IMG/VR virus record: IMGVR_UViG_3300025195_000023
Location: 9,087-73,086 of that record
Direction: 5' to 3' (one strand)
DNA: 64,000 nt
DNA from: a virus
In this document: piece after piece, positions 8,958 to 19,200 of the stretch
Numbering within the stretch: position 1 is the first letter of the stretch
Layout: every line of letters starts with the position of its first letter
Made by a program: the position numbers and the translations under genes
The notes under the pieces: generated by a model
The model's database searches: none
Told to the model about the DNA's origin: nothing
What the model saw: the letters and a program-made list of their open reading frames with translations, nothing else

Positions 8958-9959
8958 ATGCGTAAGTACCTCAACGTACATAACGTACCGTTGTCTATGG
9001 CCGTGTTTCTGGCGACAGACAACTACGACTACGAAGAAAACACCATCTCGGTCACCAAGTTGATCAAACCTGTACGTCAGCTGGTTCTGGCCAGTCGTGT
9101 CCCGGAGAGCCAGGCACTGGAAGATATCAGTGGCCTGGTGAAATCCAGGATGGGCTCCGCCATCCACGATGCGATTGAACGATCCTGGGTGCATAACAAG
9201 GACGCCGCCATGAAGGCACTGGGGTATCCCCAGCGCCTGATTGATAAGGTGCTGATCAACCCGGACCCAGACGCGGTCACCGAAGATCACATTCCGGTGT
9301 ACCTGGAGCAACGCTCCTACAGAGAGGTCATGGGTTATACCGTATCCGGTAAGTTCGACTTTGTGGCAGAGGGCCGTGTCGAGGACTTCAAGTCCACGTC
9401 AACCATGGCCTGGAACAGTGCCGACAAGGCCGAGGACTATGCCCTACAGGGCTCCATGTACCGCTGGCTCAATCCCAAGATCGTGACCGACGATCACATG
9501 GCCATTAACTTCCTGTTCACCGACTTCCAACCGTTCCGGGCCAAGGCAGATCCCAACTATCCGCCCCATGCCACCCCACAGAAGCTCATTCCCCTGAAGT
9601 CTATCGAAGAGACCGATCAGTTCGTCCGCAACAAGCTGACCCTGCTTGAGCGCTTCAAGGACGCTCCAGAAGAAGAGCTACCCCTGTGTACCGATAAGGA
9701 GCTGTGGCGTAAGGCACCGGAGTGGAAGTACTACAAAAACCCCGAAAAGCGAACCAGATCCACCAAGAACTTCAAGGTGGACGAGTTTGGTTCTGAGAAC
9801 GCTGCCCGATCCGCAGCCTACACCCGACTCGCCAAGGACAAGAACGTTGGCGTGGTGGTGGAGGTGCCCGGTGAAGTGGTGGCCTGCAAGTACTGCGCTG
9901 CCTTCCCGATCTGCTCCCAGAAGGATGCACTGATTGCGGATGGCTCACTCAAACTGTAA
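8958..9959 (+). CDS. PD-(D/E)XK exonuclease (N4 gp42-like)
   Basis: GSAIH, SGKFD...EDFKST, QGSMY and terminal CKYC...C; synteny before the primase. Confidence 0.8.
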   Translation: MRKYLNVHNVPLSMAVFLATDNYDYEENTISVTKLIKPVRQLVLASRVPESQALEDISGLVKSRMGSAIHDAIERSWVHNKDAAMKALGYPQRLIDKVLINPDPDAVTEDHIPVYLEQRSYREVMGYTVSGKFDFVAEGRVEDFKSTSTMAWNSADKAEDYALQGSMYRWLNPKIVTDDHMAINFLFTDFQPFRAKADPNYPPHATPQKLIPLKSIEETDQFVRNKLTLLERFKDAPEEELPLCTDKELWRKAPEWKYYKNPEKRTRSTKNFKVDEFGSENAARSAAYTRLAKDKNVGVVVEVPGEVVACKYCAAFPICSQKDALIADGSLKL

Positions 9960-9969
9960 GGAGCCTTCA

Positions 9970-12156
9970 ATGTCTGAAGACCTGCGTATCCGTCCGGTAT
10001 CCGAGATGGATCACCACCCTGTGGCCGACCGACTGGCCCAGATCCTGTGTACCAAAACCCAAAACACCAACCCACTGTTCTTCCGGGTATTGGTGGCATA
10101 CTACTTCTCCGTAGTCTCCACCATGATGCGATGCCAGGTTCAGACCCATGAGGGCAATCGCAAGATCCCTGTGAACTGTTACGCCATTAACCTGGCCACC
10201 TCTGGCGCCGGTAAAGGCAAGTCCACCTCCATTATGGAAGGACAAGTCATTAACCAGTTCCGGGAGCGGTTCACCGAGGAAACCTTGCCTATCCTGGCAG
10301 AACGTAACCTGCCCAACCTGGCCATGCGTCGGGCCGCCCGTAACCAGACCGATCCAGATGAAGAACTGGAGAAGGCCACCAACGAGTTCCACGCCATTGG
10401 TCCGCTGTACTTCAGCTTCGACAAGGGTTCACCGGAAGCCATCAAGGCCATGCGTCACAAGCTGCTGATGGCCAATGCCGGATCCATGAACCTGCAGATC
10501 GACGAGATCGGGTACAACCTGACCGGTTCCATGGAAGCGTTGATCACGTACCTGGAACTGTACGACATTGGTCACATCAACCCGAAGCTCACCAAGAACA
10601 CCAAGGACAATCCACTGCGTGAACAGCTCAAGGGACTGACTCCGGCCAACGCCATGCTGTTTGGGACACCGTCCAAGCTGCTCAACGGCAGCAAGGTAGA
10701 GGAGGAGTTCTACGACCTGCTGGACTCCGGTTACGCACGTCGCTGCCTGTTCGGCTACGTCAAAGGCCATGACCGCAACAAAGACCTGTCCGTAGACGAC
10801 CTCTACGACCTGTTGACCGATGCGGACACCAATGACTTCCTGGATCAGATATCTGATCACCTGGGGAACCTGGCCGACATTATCAACGCCAACAAAACCA
10901 TCGTGATGAGCAAGCGTGTCGCCAAGCTGTTTCTGAAGTACAAACTTCAGTGCGAAGCCGGTGCCGACGAACTACCCGAACACGATGAGATGAAGAAGGC
11001 CGAACTGTCCCACCGCTACTTCAAAGCCATGAAACTGGCCGGTGCCTACGCCTTTGTGGATGACTCCGCAGAGATTACCGAAGCTCACTTTGAGCATGCG
11101 GTGAAACTGGTGGAAGAGTCCGGACAGGCATTTGAGGGCCTACTGACCCGGGATCGTAACTACGCCAAGCTGGCCAAGTACATTGCCGGTGTTGGCCGTG
11201 AAGTGACCCAGGCCGACCTGGTGGAGGATCTCCCGTTCTACCCGAAAGCCGGGAACCAGCAACGGGATCTGATGAACCTGGCCGTAGCCTACGGATACCA
11301 GAACAACATCATCATCAAGCGAGCCTTCAATGACGGGATTGAGTTCCTACGTGGGGAGACCTTGAAGAAGACTGATCTGGATAACATCCGGGTGTCCTAT
11401 AGTACGGACATTGCCGTGGGGTACACCAACGAAACGGCACCGTTCGATCAGCTCCACAAGATGACCCAGGCACCTGGTATTCACTGGGTAAACCACCACC
11501 TCAAGGCCGGGGAATACGGTGAGGGGCACCGTCAGGAAGACAACTGCCTGCCTGGATTCAACATTGTGGTCATCGACGTCGATGGTGGCGTCAATCTGGA
11601 AACAGCGAAGATGCTACTGAAGGATTACAAGTACTTGATGTACACCACCAAGCGCCACGATCCAAACGGTGAGAACCGGTTCCGTATCCTGTTGCCGACC
11701 AACTACGAACTGAAACTGGATGCCAAGGACTACAAAGAGTTCATGGGTAACATCTTCCAGTGGCTCCCGTTTGAAGTTGACGATGGCACCAGTCAGCGTG
11801 CCCGCAAGTGGCTGTCCCACAACGGTCACTACGAGTACAACGACGGCCTGGTACTGGACGTACTGCCATTCATCCCCAAGACCGCCAAGAACGAGGAGCG
11901 CAAACGAGTCATCGACTCTCAGCAATCCCTCGACAACCTGGAGCGGTGGGTGATCAACAACACCGGAGACGGTAACCGCAACAACCAGTTGCTCAAGTAC
12001 GCCTATATCCTGGTGGATGCAGGCTTTGACTTCGAGGGTGTACGGGTTCGTCTACTGGAACTCAACGACAAGCTGCCGGACAAGCTGGAAGAGGCTGAGA
12101 TCATGGGCACCATCATGGTGACCGTGTCCAAGGCCCTGGCTAAGCGAGCAGCGTAA
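9970..12156 (+). CDS. DNA primase (N4 gp43-like; P-loop domain plus prim-pol/PriCT region)
   Basis: SGAGKGKS Walker A; DVD...YTTKRH...RFRILLP AEP-like motifs; GNRNNQL C-terminal motif. Confidence 0.8.
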   Translation: MSEDLRIRPVSEMDHHPVADRLAQILCTKTQNTNPLFFRVLVAYYFSVVSTMMRCQVQTHEGNRKIPVNCYAINLATSGAGKGKSTSIMEGQVINQFRERFTEETLPILAERNLPNLAMRRAARNQTDPDEELEKATNEFHAIGPLYFSFDKGSPEAIKAMRHKLLMANAGSMNLQIDEIGYNLTGSMEALITYLELYDIGHINPKLTKNTKDNPLREQLKGLTPANAMLFGTPSKLLNGSKVEEEFYDLLDSGYARRCLFGYVKGHDRNKDLSVDDLYDLLTDADTNDFLDQISDHLGNLADIINANKTIVMSKRVAKLFLKYKLQCEAGADELPEHDEMKKAELSHRYFKAMKLAGAYAFVDDSAEITEAHFEHAVKLVEESGQAFEGLLTRDRNYAKLAKYIAGVGREVTQADLVEDLPFYPKAGNQQRDLMNLAVAYGYQNNIIIKRAFNDGIEFLRGETLKKTDLDNIRVSYSTDIAVGYTNETAPFDQLHKMTQAPGIHWVNHHLKAGEYGEGHRQEDNCLPGFNIVVIDVDGGVNLETAKMLLKDYKYLMYTTKRHDPNGENRFRILLPTNYELKLDAKDYKEFMGNIFQWLPFEVDDGTSQRARKWLSHNGHYEYNDGLVLDVLPFIPKTAKNEERKRVIDSQQSLDNLERWVINNTGDGNRNNQLLKYAYILVDAGFDFEGVRVRLLELNDKLPDKLEEAEIMGTIMVTVSKALAKRAA

Positions 12157-12157
12157 C

Positions 12158-12178
12158 AGGGGGCCTCCGGCCCCTTCT
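12158..12178 (+). terminator. Hairpin after primase
   Basis: GGGGCC-tcc-GGCCCC then TTCT. Confidence 0.4.
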
Positions 12179-12204
12179 ACGAAACAACCAAGAAGGTCTG
12201 TGTC

Positions 12205-12936
12205 ATGCAACAAGAGCAAGTCAACGACAACCTGGTATTGCTGTGCGGTAAATCAGCAGCCGGTAAGTCAGCGTCCCTGATGGGACTGGAAAACCCAGAA
12301 GGTGTGATGTACCTGAACTGTGAAGCCGGTAAGAAATTGCCGTTCCGCAGCAAATTCAAAGAGTACGTCATTACCGACCCCATGCAGGTAGAGGAGGCCT
12401 TTGAGGTCGCAGAGACACTGCCGGACATTCACACCATCGTGATTGACTCCCTCACCTACCTGATGGACATGTACGAGAGCCTGTACGTCATCAATGCCTC
12501 CAACACCATGAAAGCCTGGGGCGAGTTTGCCCAGTACTTCAAGCGTGTGATGCAGCAGCACGTTGCTGGATCGTCCAAGAATGTGGTCTTCATTGCCCAC
12601 ACCAAAGACACCCTCAACGAGGGTGAAATGGTGATGGAGACCGCAGTACCCATCAAGGGTAGTGTGAAGAACAACGGCGTAGAGTCGTACTTCTCCTGCA
12701 TCATCGCTGCCAAAAAGGTGAAGCTCAAGGACCTGGAAGCCTACGGCTCCGACCTGCTGACCGTCACCCCAGAAGAAGAAGCCCTGGGCTTCAAGTACGT
12801 GTTCCAGACCAAGCTCACCAAAGAGACCGTGAACGAGCGGCTGCGTGGGCCACTGGGCCTGTGGGACACCAAAGAAACCTTCATCGACAACAACATGCAG
12901 CTGGTCTTTAACCGTCTGCACGAATACTACGCCTGA
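12205..12936 (+). CDS. Sak4-like AAA ATPase (N4 gp44-like)
   Basis: GKSAAGKS, IVIDSLT, FIAH motifs; lies between primase and SSB. Confidence 0.85.
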   Translation: MQQEQVNDNLVLLCGKSAAGKSASLMGLENPEGVMYLNCEAGKKLPFRSKFKEYVITDPMQVEEAFEVAETLPDIHTIVIDSLTYLMDMYESLYVINASNTMKAWGEFAQYFKRVMQQHVAGSSKNVVFIAHTKDTLNEGEMVMETAVPIKGSVKNNGVESYFSCIIAAKKVKLKDLEAYGSDLLTVTPEEEALGFKYVFQTKLTKETVNERLRGPLGLWDTKETFIDNNMQLVFNRLHEYYA

Positions 12937-12987
12937 TCCGCTCCCGGGCAGTCGTACATCTAACCTGAACCAGAAAGGAATAACATT

Positions 12988-13740
12988 ATGTCACTTCTCA
13001 ACGTAGCAAAAACCGACAACAGCATTGAAGACGAAAAGGATTCCGTAGGCGGTGGCTTTGGCCCCTGGGAATCTGGTCTGTACGCCGCCGAAGTTACCAT
13101 GGCCTACCTGATGCAATCCGCAGGCGGTGCCGTAGGTGTGAACCTGGCCATCAAGAACGATGACGGCCAGGAACACAAAGAGATCCTCTGGATCGCGTCC
13201 GGCAACGCCAAGGGCAACAAGAACTACTACGAAACCCAGACCGGTGAGCGTAAGTACCTGCCGGGCTTCAACACCATGAACAGCCTGGCCCTGCTGACCG
13301 TAGGCAAAGAACTGGGCGAACTGGCCACCGACATGAAGATGGTCAACGTCTACAACCCGGCGTCCCAGAAAGAAGAACCGACCCAGGTCGAGGTCATCAT
13401 GGATCTGCTGGGCCAACGTGCCATCTTCGGTATCCAGAAGCAGATCGTGGATAAGCAGGTGAAGAACCAGGCAACTGGCAAGTACGAGAGCAACGGCGAG
13501 ACTCGTGAAACCAACGAGATCGACAAAGTGTTCCGTGAGCGTGACCGTCTGACCACGGCAGAAATCCGTGCCCAGGCCACCGAAGCTGCGTTCTACAACA
13601 CTTGGGATGCCAAGTGGACCGGTAAGACCCGCAACAAGGCCACGGCCGCTAACGATGCCAACGGTGGTTCTGCAGGTGCTCCGCGTGCCGCAGCAGCATC
13701 TGGCGGTACTGCCAAGCCGACCAAGTCTCTGTTTGGTTGA
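12988..13740 (+). CDS. ssb: Single-stranded DNA-binding protein (N4 gp45-like; late transcription activator in N4)
   Basis: EKDSVGGG, LPGF, RETNEIDKVF; Ala/Gly linker ending KSLFG; synteny. Confidence 0.85.
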   Translation: MSLLNVAKTDNSIEDEKDSVGGGFGPWESGLYAAEVTMAYLMQSAGGAVGVNLAIKNDDGQEHKEILWIASGNAKGNKNYYETQTGERKYLPGFNTMNSLALLTVGKELGELATDMKMVNVYNPASQKEEPTQVEVIMDLLGQRAIFGIQKQIVDKQVKNQATGKYESNGETRETNEIDKVFRERDRLTTAEIRAQATEAAFYNTWDAKWTGKTRNKATAANDANGGSAGAPRAAAASGGTAKPTKSLFG

Positions 13741-13796
13741 TCCGTCTCGCAGGGGCCGCATGCGGCCCCTGACATTCACTGAACCAAGGACTCCCA

Positions 13797-14114
13797 ATGT
13801 CTGACCAAACCATTGAAGATCAGATTGTCGCAAAAGGCCTTACTGCCCCGCGAATCAGCCTGGCCCACGTCCAGAAAATGAAGGAACGGCTGGAGTACCT
13901 CTTTGAGCGGTGTCCAGGAAAAACAACCACCTTCTGTCATGTGTACCTGGACGGTACGTTCTATCTGGCAACGGGCGTGTCTGCCTGTGTGTCACCGGAA
14001 AACTTCGACAGTCAGGTAGGTATCGACGTTGCACGAACCAAGGCAGAAGCCCTGGCGACGGACAAGCTCTATGAGCTTGAAGGATATCGCCTCTGGTCGG
14101 AGCTGAACCAATGA
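13797..14114 (+). CDS. Gp49-family phage protein
   Basis: KGLTAPRI...SACVSPENFD...LEGY signature. Confidence 0.75.
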   Translation: MSDQTIEDQIVAKGLTAPRISLAHVQKMKERLEYLFERCPGKTTTFCHVYLDGTFYLATGVSACVSPENFDSQVGIDVARTKAEALATDKLYELEGYRLWSELNQ

Positions 14115-14371
14115 GTGATCGCATCAAGAAATACCAGTGCATCAAACAGGTCCATGCTGAGCCCATGACCTTCGGAGCCTTCAAGACCTCGATCCGGCGT
14201 GTCCGGGACATGGGCCAAGTAGATCCACTGGAACCCGGATACCATGTGATCTACAGCAAGGGTACCGCTGAGGAGTATCACTCCTGGTCGCCCAAGGCCG
14301 CGTTTGAAGAGGGTTACCTCGAAATCCCTGAGAACGCTCAACCCGTATCACAAGGTCGTAAAGTGTCATGA
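14111..14371 (+). CDS. Hypothetical phage protein
   Basis: KQVHAEPM...PGYHVIY...SWSPKAAFEEGY, a common phage pattern; ATGA coupling. Confidence 0.7.
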   Translation: MSDRIKKYQCIKQVHAEPMTFGAFKTSIRRVRDMGQVDPLEPGYHVIYSKGTAEEYHSWSPKAAFEEGYLEIPENAQPVSQGRKVS

Positions 14372-14676
14372 GCTGCTTACCAATTGGAACCAGAGTCCGA
14401 TGGTCTAGTCAGGCTGGTGGCAGCACAACCACCAAAGAGGGTGTGGTGGTGTACAGTCGGGACAAAGCACACGAAACCTACCCCAGCGCCTTGCACACGG
14501 CCGACTATCCGTTAGGTCTTGCTATCAAGCACTTTCCCGAACATCGGTACATGTTTGACGGGCACACCTGGCTCAACCGCAAAGGCGTGTTGGTAGAGGT
14601 TCGTGATGGTAAAACGTCCCGAGCCAAACCTAAGTTGTATATGCCAAACCCCGGGAGCCTGGAGGTCATCGAATGA
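14368..14676 (+). CDS. Hypothetical protein
   Basis: ATGA-coupled ORF within the operon. Confidence 0.6.
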   Translation: MSCLPIGTRVRWSSQAGGSTTTKEGVVVYSRDKAHETYPSALHTADYPLGLAIKHFPEHRYMFDGHTWLNRKGVLVEVRDGKTSRAKPKLYMPNPGSLEVIE

Positions 14677-15245
14677 ATCCTATCCCTGTCCTTGGGATGG
14701 ATCCCTCACTCAACAACTGGGGGCTGGCCTATGGCCTCTACTACCCGCAGACAGGTGAGATCCAGGTCAAAACGGTCGACGTCCTTCAGCCGGTCTATTC
14801 GACTGGCAAGCAGGTTCGTCAAAACTCCAAAGACCTTGAGCGTGCTGAGCAGCTGTTTAACGGTGCTCTTAAAGCCTCTACCGGAGCCGCAGCCGTTTTC
14901 GTGGAAGTCCCTGTTGGTAGCCAGTCTGCCCGTGCCATGGCTTCCTATGGTGTGTGTGCGGGTGTCCTGGGCGCTCTACGTGCTGCAGGTATCCCGTTCT
15001 ACGAAGTCACGCCCACCGAAGTCAAGCTCGCCACGATTGGCAAGAAAACTGCCAGTAAGGCCGAGATCATCGAACGTGCCGTAAAGCAGCACCCGAAGGC
15101 CAACTGGCCCATGCAAACCAAGAACGGTAAGACCACACCGATTGCCTCCAAAGCTGAACACATGGCCGACGCCATTGGTGCCATCGAGGCCGGTGTGACT
15201 CTCCCACTTTTCAAGCAAACCCTTCACCTACTTTCGGTCGCCTAG
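14673..15245 (+). CDS. RuvC-like Holliday junction resolvase
   Basis: GMDPSL, FVEVP, PTEVK, EHMADA motifs. Confidence 0.85.
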   Translation: MNPIPVLGMDPSLNNWGLAYGLYYPQTGEIQVKTVDVLQPVYSTGKQVRQNSKDLERAEQLFNGALKASTGAAAVFVEVPVGSQSARAMASYGVCAGVLGALRAAGIPFYEVTPTEVKLATIGKKTASKAEIIERAVKQHPKANWPMQTKNGKTTPIASKAEHMADAIGAIEAGVTLPLFKQTLHLLSVA

Positions 15246-15266
15246 ACCCAATCAAAAGGAAACCTC

Positions 15267-15644
15267 ATGCAAATTCAAATTCAACTGAGCCAAGCCGATA
15301 TCGAAGCCGCTATCCGCGACTACCTGGTGAAAGTCGGTATGACCAGTCCGGTCGATACCATCAACTTCACCGTCTCCCGTAAAGGTGGCCAGACCATCGA
15401 AGCGGGTATTGACCTGTCACCTGAAGAAGCATCTACCGCCCCGGTGACTGAAGCTCCCAAAGAGCCAGTGAAACGTGCCCCCAAGGCAAAGGCTGAACCT
15501 ATCCAAGCGCCGGATCCTGCAGAAGCGGAACCTGAGCCAGCTGTGACTGAGCCTCCCTTCGATCCGGATACGCCAGATACGGAGAAAGCCGCTGCCAACG
15601 AAGAGACAGACGAAGCACCACGCGGGAAGTCACTCTTCGGCTAA
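15267..15644 (+). CDS. Hypothetical protein with Pro/Glu-rich linker and C-terminal KSLFG
   Basis: AAGGA RBS; 125 aa. Confidence 0.75.
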   Translation: MQIQIQLSQADIEAAIRDYLVKVGMTSPVDTINFTVSRKGGQTIEAGIDLSPEEASTAPVTEAPKEPVKRAPKAKAEPIQAPDPAEAEPEPAVTEPPFDPDTPDTEKAAANEETDEAPRGKSLFG

Positions 15645-15656
15645 TAGGAGTTTCCT

Positions 15657-15845
15657 ATGAGATTCCTCAAAGCGATAGGGGCAGCATTGATTGCTGCCCT
15701 TGTTACCGCATTGGCCCTCTTCGGAGGGTTCATCTTTACCGTCGTTTCCACTATAGTTTCTGTCGTCCTCGGGCTCTGCATGCTTCTCGGTACCGTGTAT
15801 TACGTGATCTGGGAGTCATTGCAGAACAGGAACAAAACCAAGTAG
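15657..15845 (+). CDS. Small two-TM membrane protein
   Basis: AGGAG RBS; two hydrophobic stretches and a basic tail. Confidence 0.7.
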   Translation: MRFLKAIGAALIAALVTALALFGGFIFTVVSTIVSVVLGLCMLLGTVYYVIWESLQNRNKTK

Positions 15846-15901
15846 TGACCGTAAAGATACGGGCCCTGGTACTTCCGGGGCCCGCTTCTATAAGGATCCC
15901 C

Positions 15902-16249
15902 ATGCGTAACCTCATTCTTCTTCTTGCTCTGGTTGTAACGGGCTGTGCCTCCTCGTCAGGCATTGGAAACAAACTGGATGCCCTGGTGGGCGAGCAGAAA
16001 CAAGTCGTCATCAATACCCTTGGCTATCCCACTCGCACCTTCAAGGCTCCCAACGGCCGTGATGTGTTCCAGTACACGCAGACCCGTCAGTATGAGCGGG
16101 CATCCACGACAATTTACCAGCAGAACCTTGGCACCTCATCTACCTACGGCGGGGGCACCGCTACATCAACGTGTAGCGTATTTTTTGAGTTCTGGCCAAG
16201 CGGCCGTGTTTTCAAGTGGACCAGTCAGGGTAACGGTTGCAACCTGTGA
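15902..16249 (+). CDS. Putative outer-membrane lipoprotein (BamE/SmpA-like pattern)
   Basis: MRNLILLLALVVTG-C lipobox; LVG...VINTLGYP...VFQY pattern. Confidence 0.7.
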   Translation: MRNLILLLALVVTGCASSSGIGNKLDALVGEQKQVVINTLGYPTRTFKAPNGRDVFQYTQTRQYERASTTIYQQNLGTSSTYGGGTATSTCSVFFEFWPSGRVFKWTSQGNGCNL

Positions 16250-16255
16250 ATAGAC

Positions 16256-16284
16256 AAAAGCCCCTCTCTCGGAGGGGCTTTTTT
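16256..16284. terminator. Bidirectional intrinsic terminator between middle genes and vRNAP
   Basis: AAAAGCCCCTC-tctcg-GAGGGGCTTTTTT between convergent genes. Confidence 0.85.
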
Positions 16285-16288
16285 GTGT

Positions 16289-19200
16289 TTACCGGAAGGG
16301 GCTGGTGGCCATTTGCATGGTCAACAGTTCATCCAATACCCCGGGGTAGCCAAAGGCACCCACGTCCAATGGATTGTTCCCGATCCGACCCAGGGCACTG
16401 GACTCCATTACCGTTGGTGCATCCAACAGGTAGGAGAAACCAAAGGCCGTCATCAGACCCCGTACCGGATGGTCACGCATCAGACGCCACAGAACACGTT
16501 GAATCCGCAGGTAGTACTTGGTGAAGAACACCAGACCCTTACGGTTCATATAGTCCAGGGCCCGATGTGAGGGCACGTCGTATACCACAAAGGCATCCCG
16601 AATTTCCCGCAGAGCGTCTTCTTTACTCATGGGGTTATTCTTCCGGGTAAGCAGATGCTGGTACAAAGTGTACCGAGCCACAAAGTCACTCATCTGGGTG
16701 GACTTGAACAAGGCCTTGTACAGCAGGGTGTCCTGGCTCATGTACATATACTTCCCGGCCGTCACCAAACCGCTGGGCAGGTTCTGGGCTTTCCCGTCTA
16801 CCCACTCAGCAATCCGGGACTTGTAGGAGAAGCCGTCATCCTCGGTATCAATATCCTCCATGATGGTCTGGAATTGTCCGGCATCCACCAGTTCAGTTAC
16901 CGGGTTGGTCGCCAAGGCATGCTGCAGTTCCAGGATATCCTGGTTCAGCTGATCCAGTGTCCCACTGTAAGTCTGAGAGTCCCTCAGGTTTTCCAGGCGA
17001 AGCAGTTCACGACGATCTCGCTGGTACCTCAGCAGACCATCAATTGCTACTGCATGATCCCGGGCACCTTTGATAGGGTTGACCCCATACCACAGCAAGA
17101 TGGACAGGTTACTCCGCACGTTACCCAGGAAGGTGAACAGGTTCTTGATCACAACAATATCCTTGATCTCGTTCACCAGCATGTCCCATACCCTACCAAT
17201 CTGCATACCCCGCAACGCAGTCTTATCCTTGAAGAAGAATTCCAGTACGCCGAAGGTCAGCTCTTCCATGAATCCCTGTTCTGCAGACTGCCAGGCTTCC
17301 GACAAGGAGTACTGACGGTACCCAAATACCAGATCCAGTACGTCGTTTCGGACCTTCAGACCGTTACGCCCCCATACATCGCGGATTGCCTGCTTGGTGG
17401 CTTCCGGCAGCATCTGATATGTCTCCCGGATACGCTTGTCTGGACTGTCCGGACCGAACTCCAGGTAACGGGAAGGGTTGTCCCGGTAATCCATGTCGTA
17501 GGTCTCTTTCAGGGCCTCAATCACATTACGGTTGTGTTCCGCTGAGGCAGGCTTGTCATAAATGGCAGACCCCATGGCACCGAGAACCGAATCAACCCGA
17601 GTGTCCCGTTCCAGGAACGCATCCTTATTGGCTTCGGTCATCAGATACCGGTAGTTCACAATCTCACCTTTACGGTTCACCACCGGAGCCAGTGCCACGT
17701 CTTCCCGGTTTGCCAGGTTACGGTTGAAGCCTGGCTTCTCCAGATCCAGTAGGCTCTTGGCCATACGGTTCGTGGTGTTTTGCGTCTTGATTGCCAGGGA
17801 CTGATTCACTTCCTCCGGCAACAGATCGGACATACCACCGTGAATTGCAGACCCTTTCCGACGCATCCCACTCATGGACAGGGCACCGGAGATCCACGGA
17901 GGCAGGCCACCATCCTTACGCACATAGATATGGCGTGTGGTCTGGTCAGGGGCTGCTGGATCTGCCGGTACCATCTCACCCCGAGCGTAGCCTGCTTTCT
18001 CAAGGGCAATCCCTTCGGCCCGTGTGGCTGCTTTCACATCTACATACGGACTGTAAATCTCCTTGATGTATCCCTTGGCAAACAGGTGCGGATCGTTATC
18101 AAACAATTCCACCATGGACTGGTCTTTGTATTTCTGGGCCATGCCCATTACAAACTTCACCCCTTCCGGCATCTCAGTCATCACCCTTGCCGTGATCCGA
18201 CGGGTATCCCCATCAGTGTCCTTCAGGGCATACAGGGTAACCAGTCGATCCAGAATAGCCTTGGACGGTTCCACGATGTTGTCCGGCACCTGGTGAGCAT
18301 CCGGCATCCCCACTTTATGGGCGATGTTGTGGACGTTCATCATCAGGTTACGTGAAGTACGTCCGGTGGCCATGAAGTGCCCTGTTGCCATGGCCTGGTT
18401 CACGTAGTACGCCTGGTGCTTGCCACTGACCTGAGCCAAGGAGGCCTCGGTTTCTTCAATGGCTCGCTGAAGGGCTGCATTATCACGAACCATGTCCGTG
18501 ATCTGCTCCTGGGTATACGTCTCAGCCAGGGCAACCAGGTCGGTCTTCAGTATGCCCTTGGTCAGTGCCTCACGTTCCGCCTCCGTGGCGTCAGGCAGCA
18601 TATCCCGTACCTGCTTGGCGGTGGTGTCCTTTCGGGTTTTCCGCTCGTTCTGGATCACACTGAAGTGATCCATCAGATCAAACAGTTTCTGGGTGGCCGG
18701 AATAGCTCCTCGGACTTCTGAGGCGATACCCAACATCAGATTCTGTCGCTTGGCACCATGACGGTTACGGAAGTTCTCCATATTGTCGAACAACGTATCC
18801 AGCTTATCCTGGGCCGCCATTGAGGTCACTTTGCCCGCAGCACGAATTGTCGCCACAGAGCTGTTCTGAACCATGGAACTCTCAGCCACCTTGGCCACTG
18901 TCTCACGGACAGTACCCCCGGCTTCACGCTGGGCGTTCTCAATCTGGTCGATCACCCCAATTCGTTCATTGGCCAGGCGCCCTTTCCGGGCACTCTCAAT
19001 GTCCACCAACTTGGTCACCAGACGTTCCAGCCTCTCTTGGGCATCCTGGTTACTGACCGTGCCGGAAAAGACATTGGTCAAGGCCTGGGTACCCGCGGTG
19101 AACCAGGACTGAATCTGGTCACCGAGCTTGTCAGTGGCCGCCGTGGTGTCGGCGTTGCCGTTATAGTTCAATGCCTTCTGTAGTGGCGGGTACACCAGAG

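Noticed and set aside
8958-9959. Cas4-like nuclease suggesting CRISPR; spaced promoter repeats at 42-44 kb suggesting an array
   Set aside because: Standard N4-type exonuclease; repeat spacing is irregular (186-723 nt) and contains genes; no cas operon.
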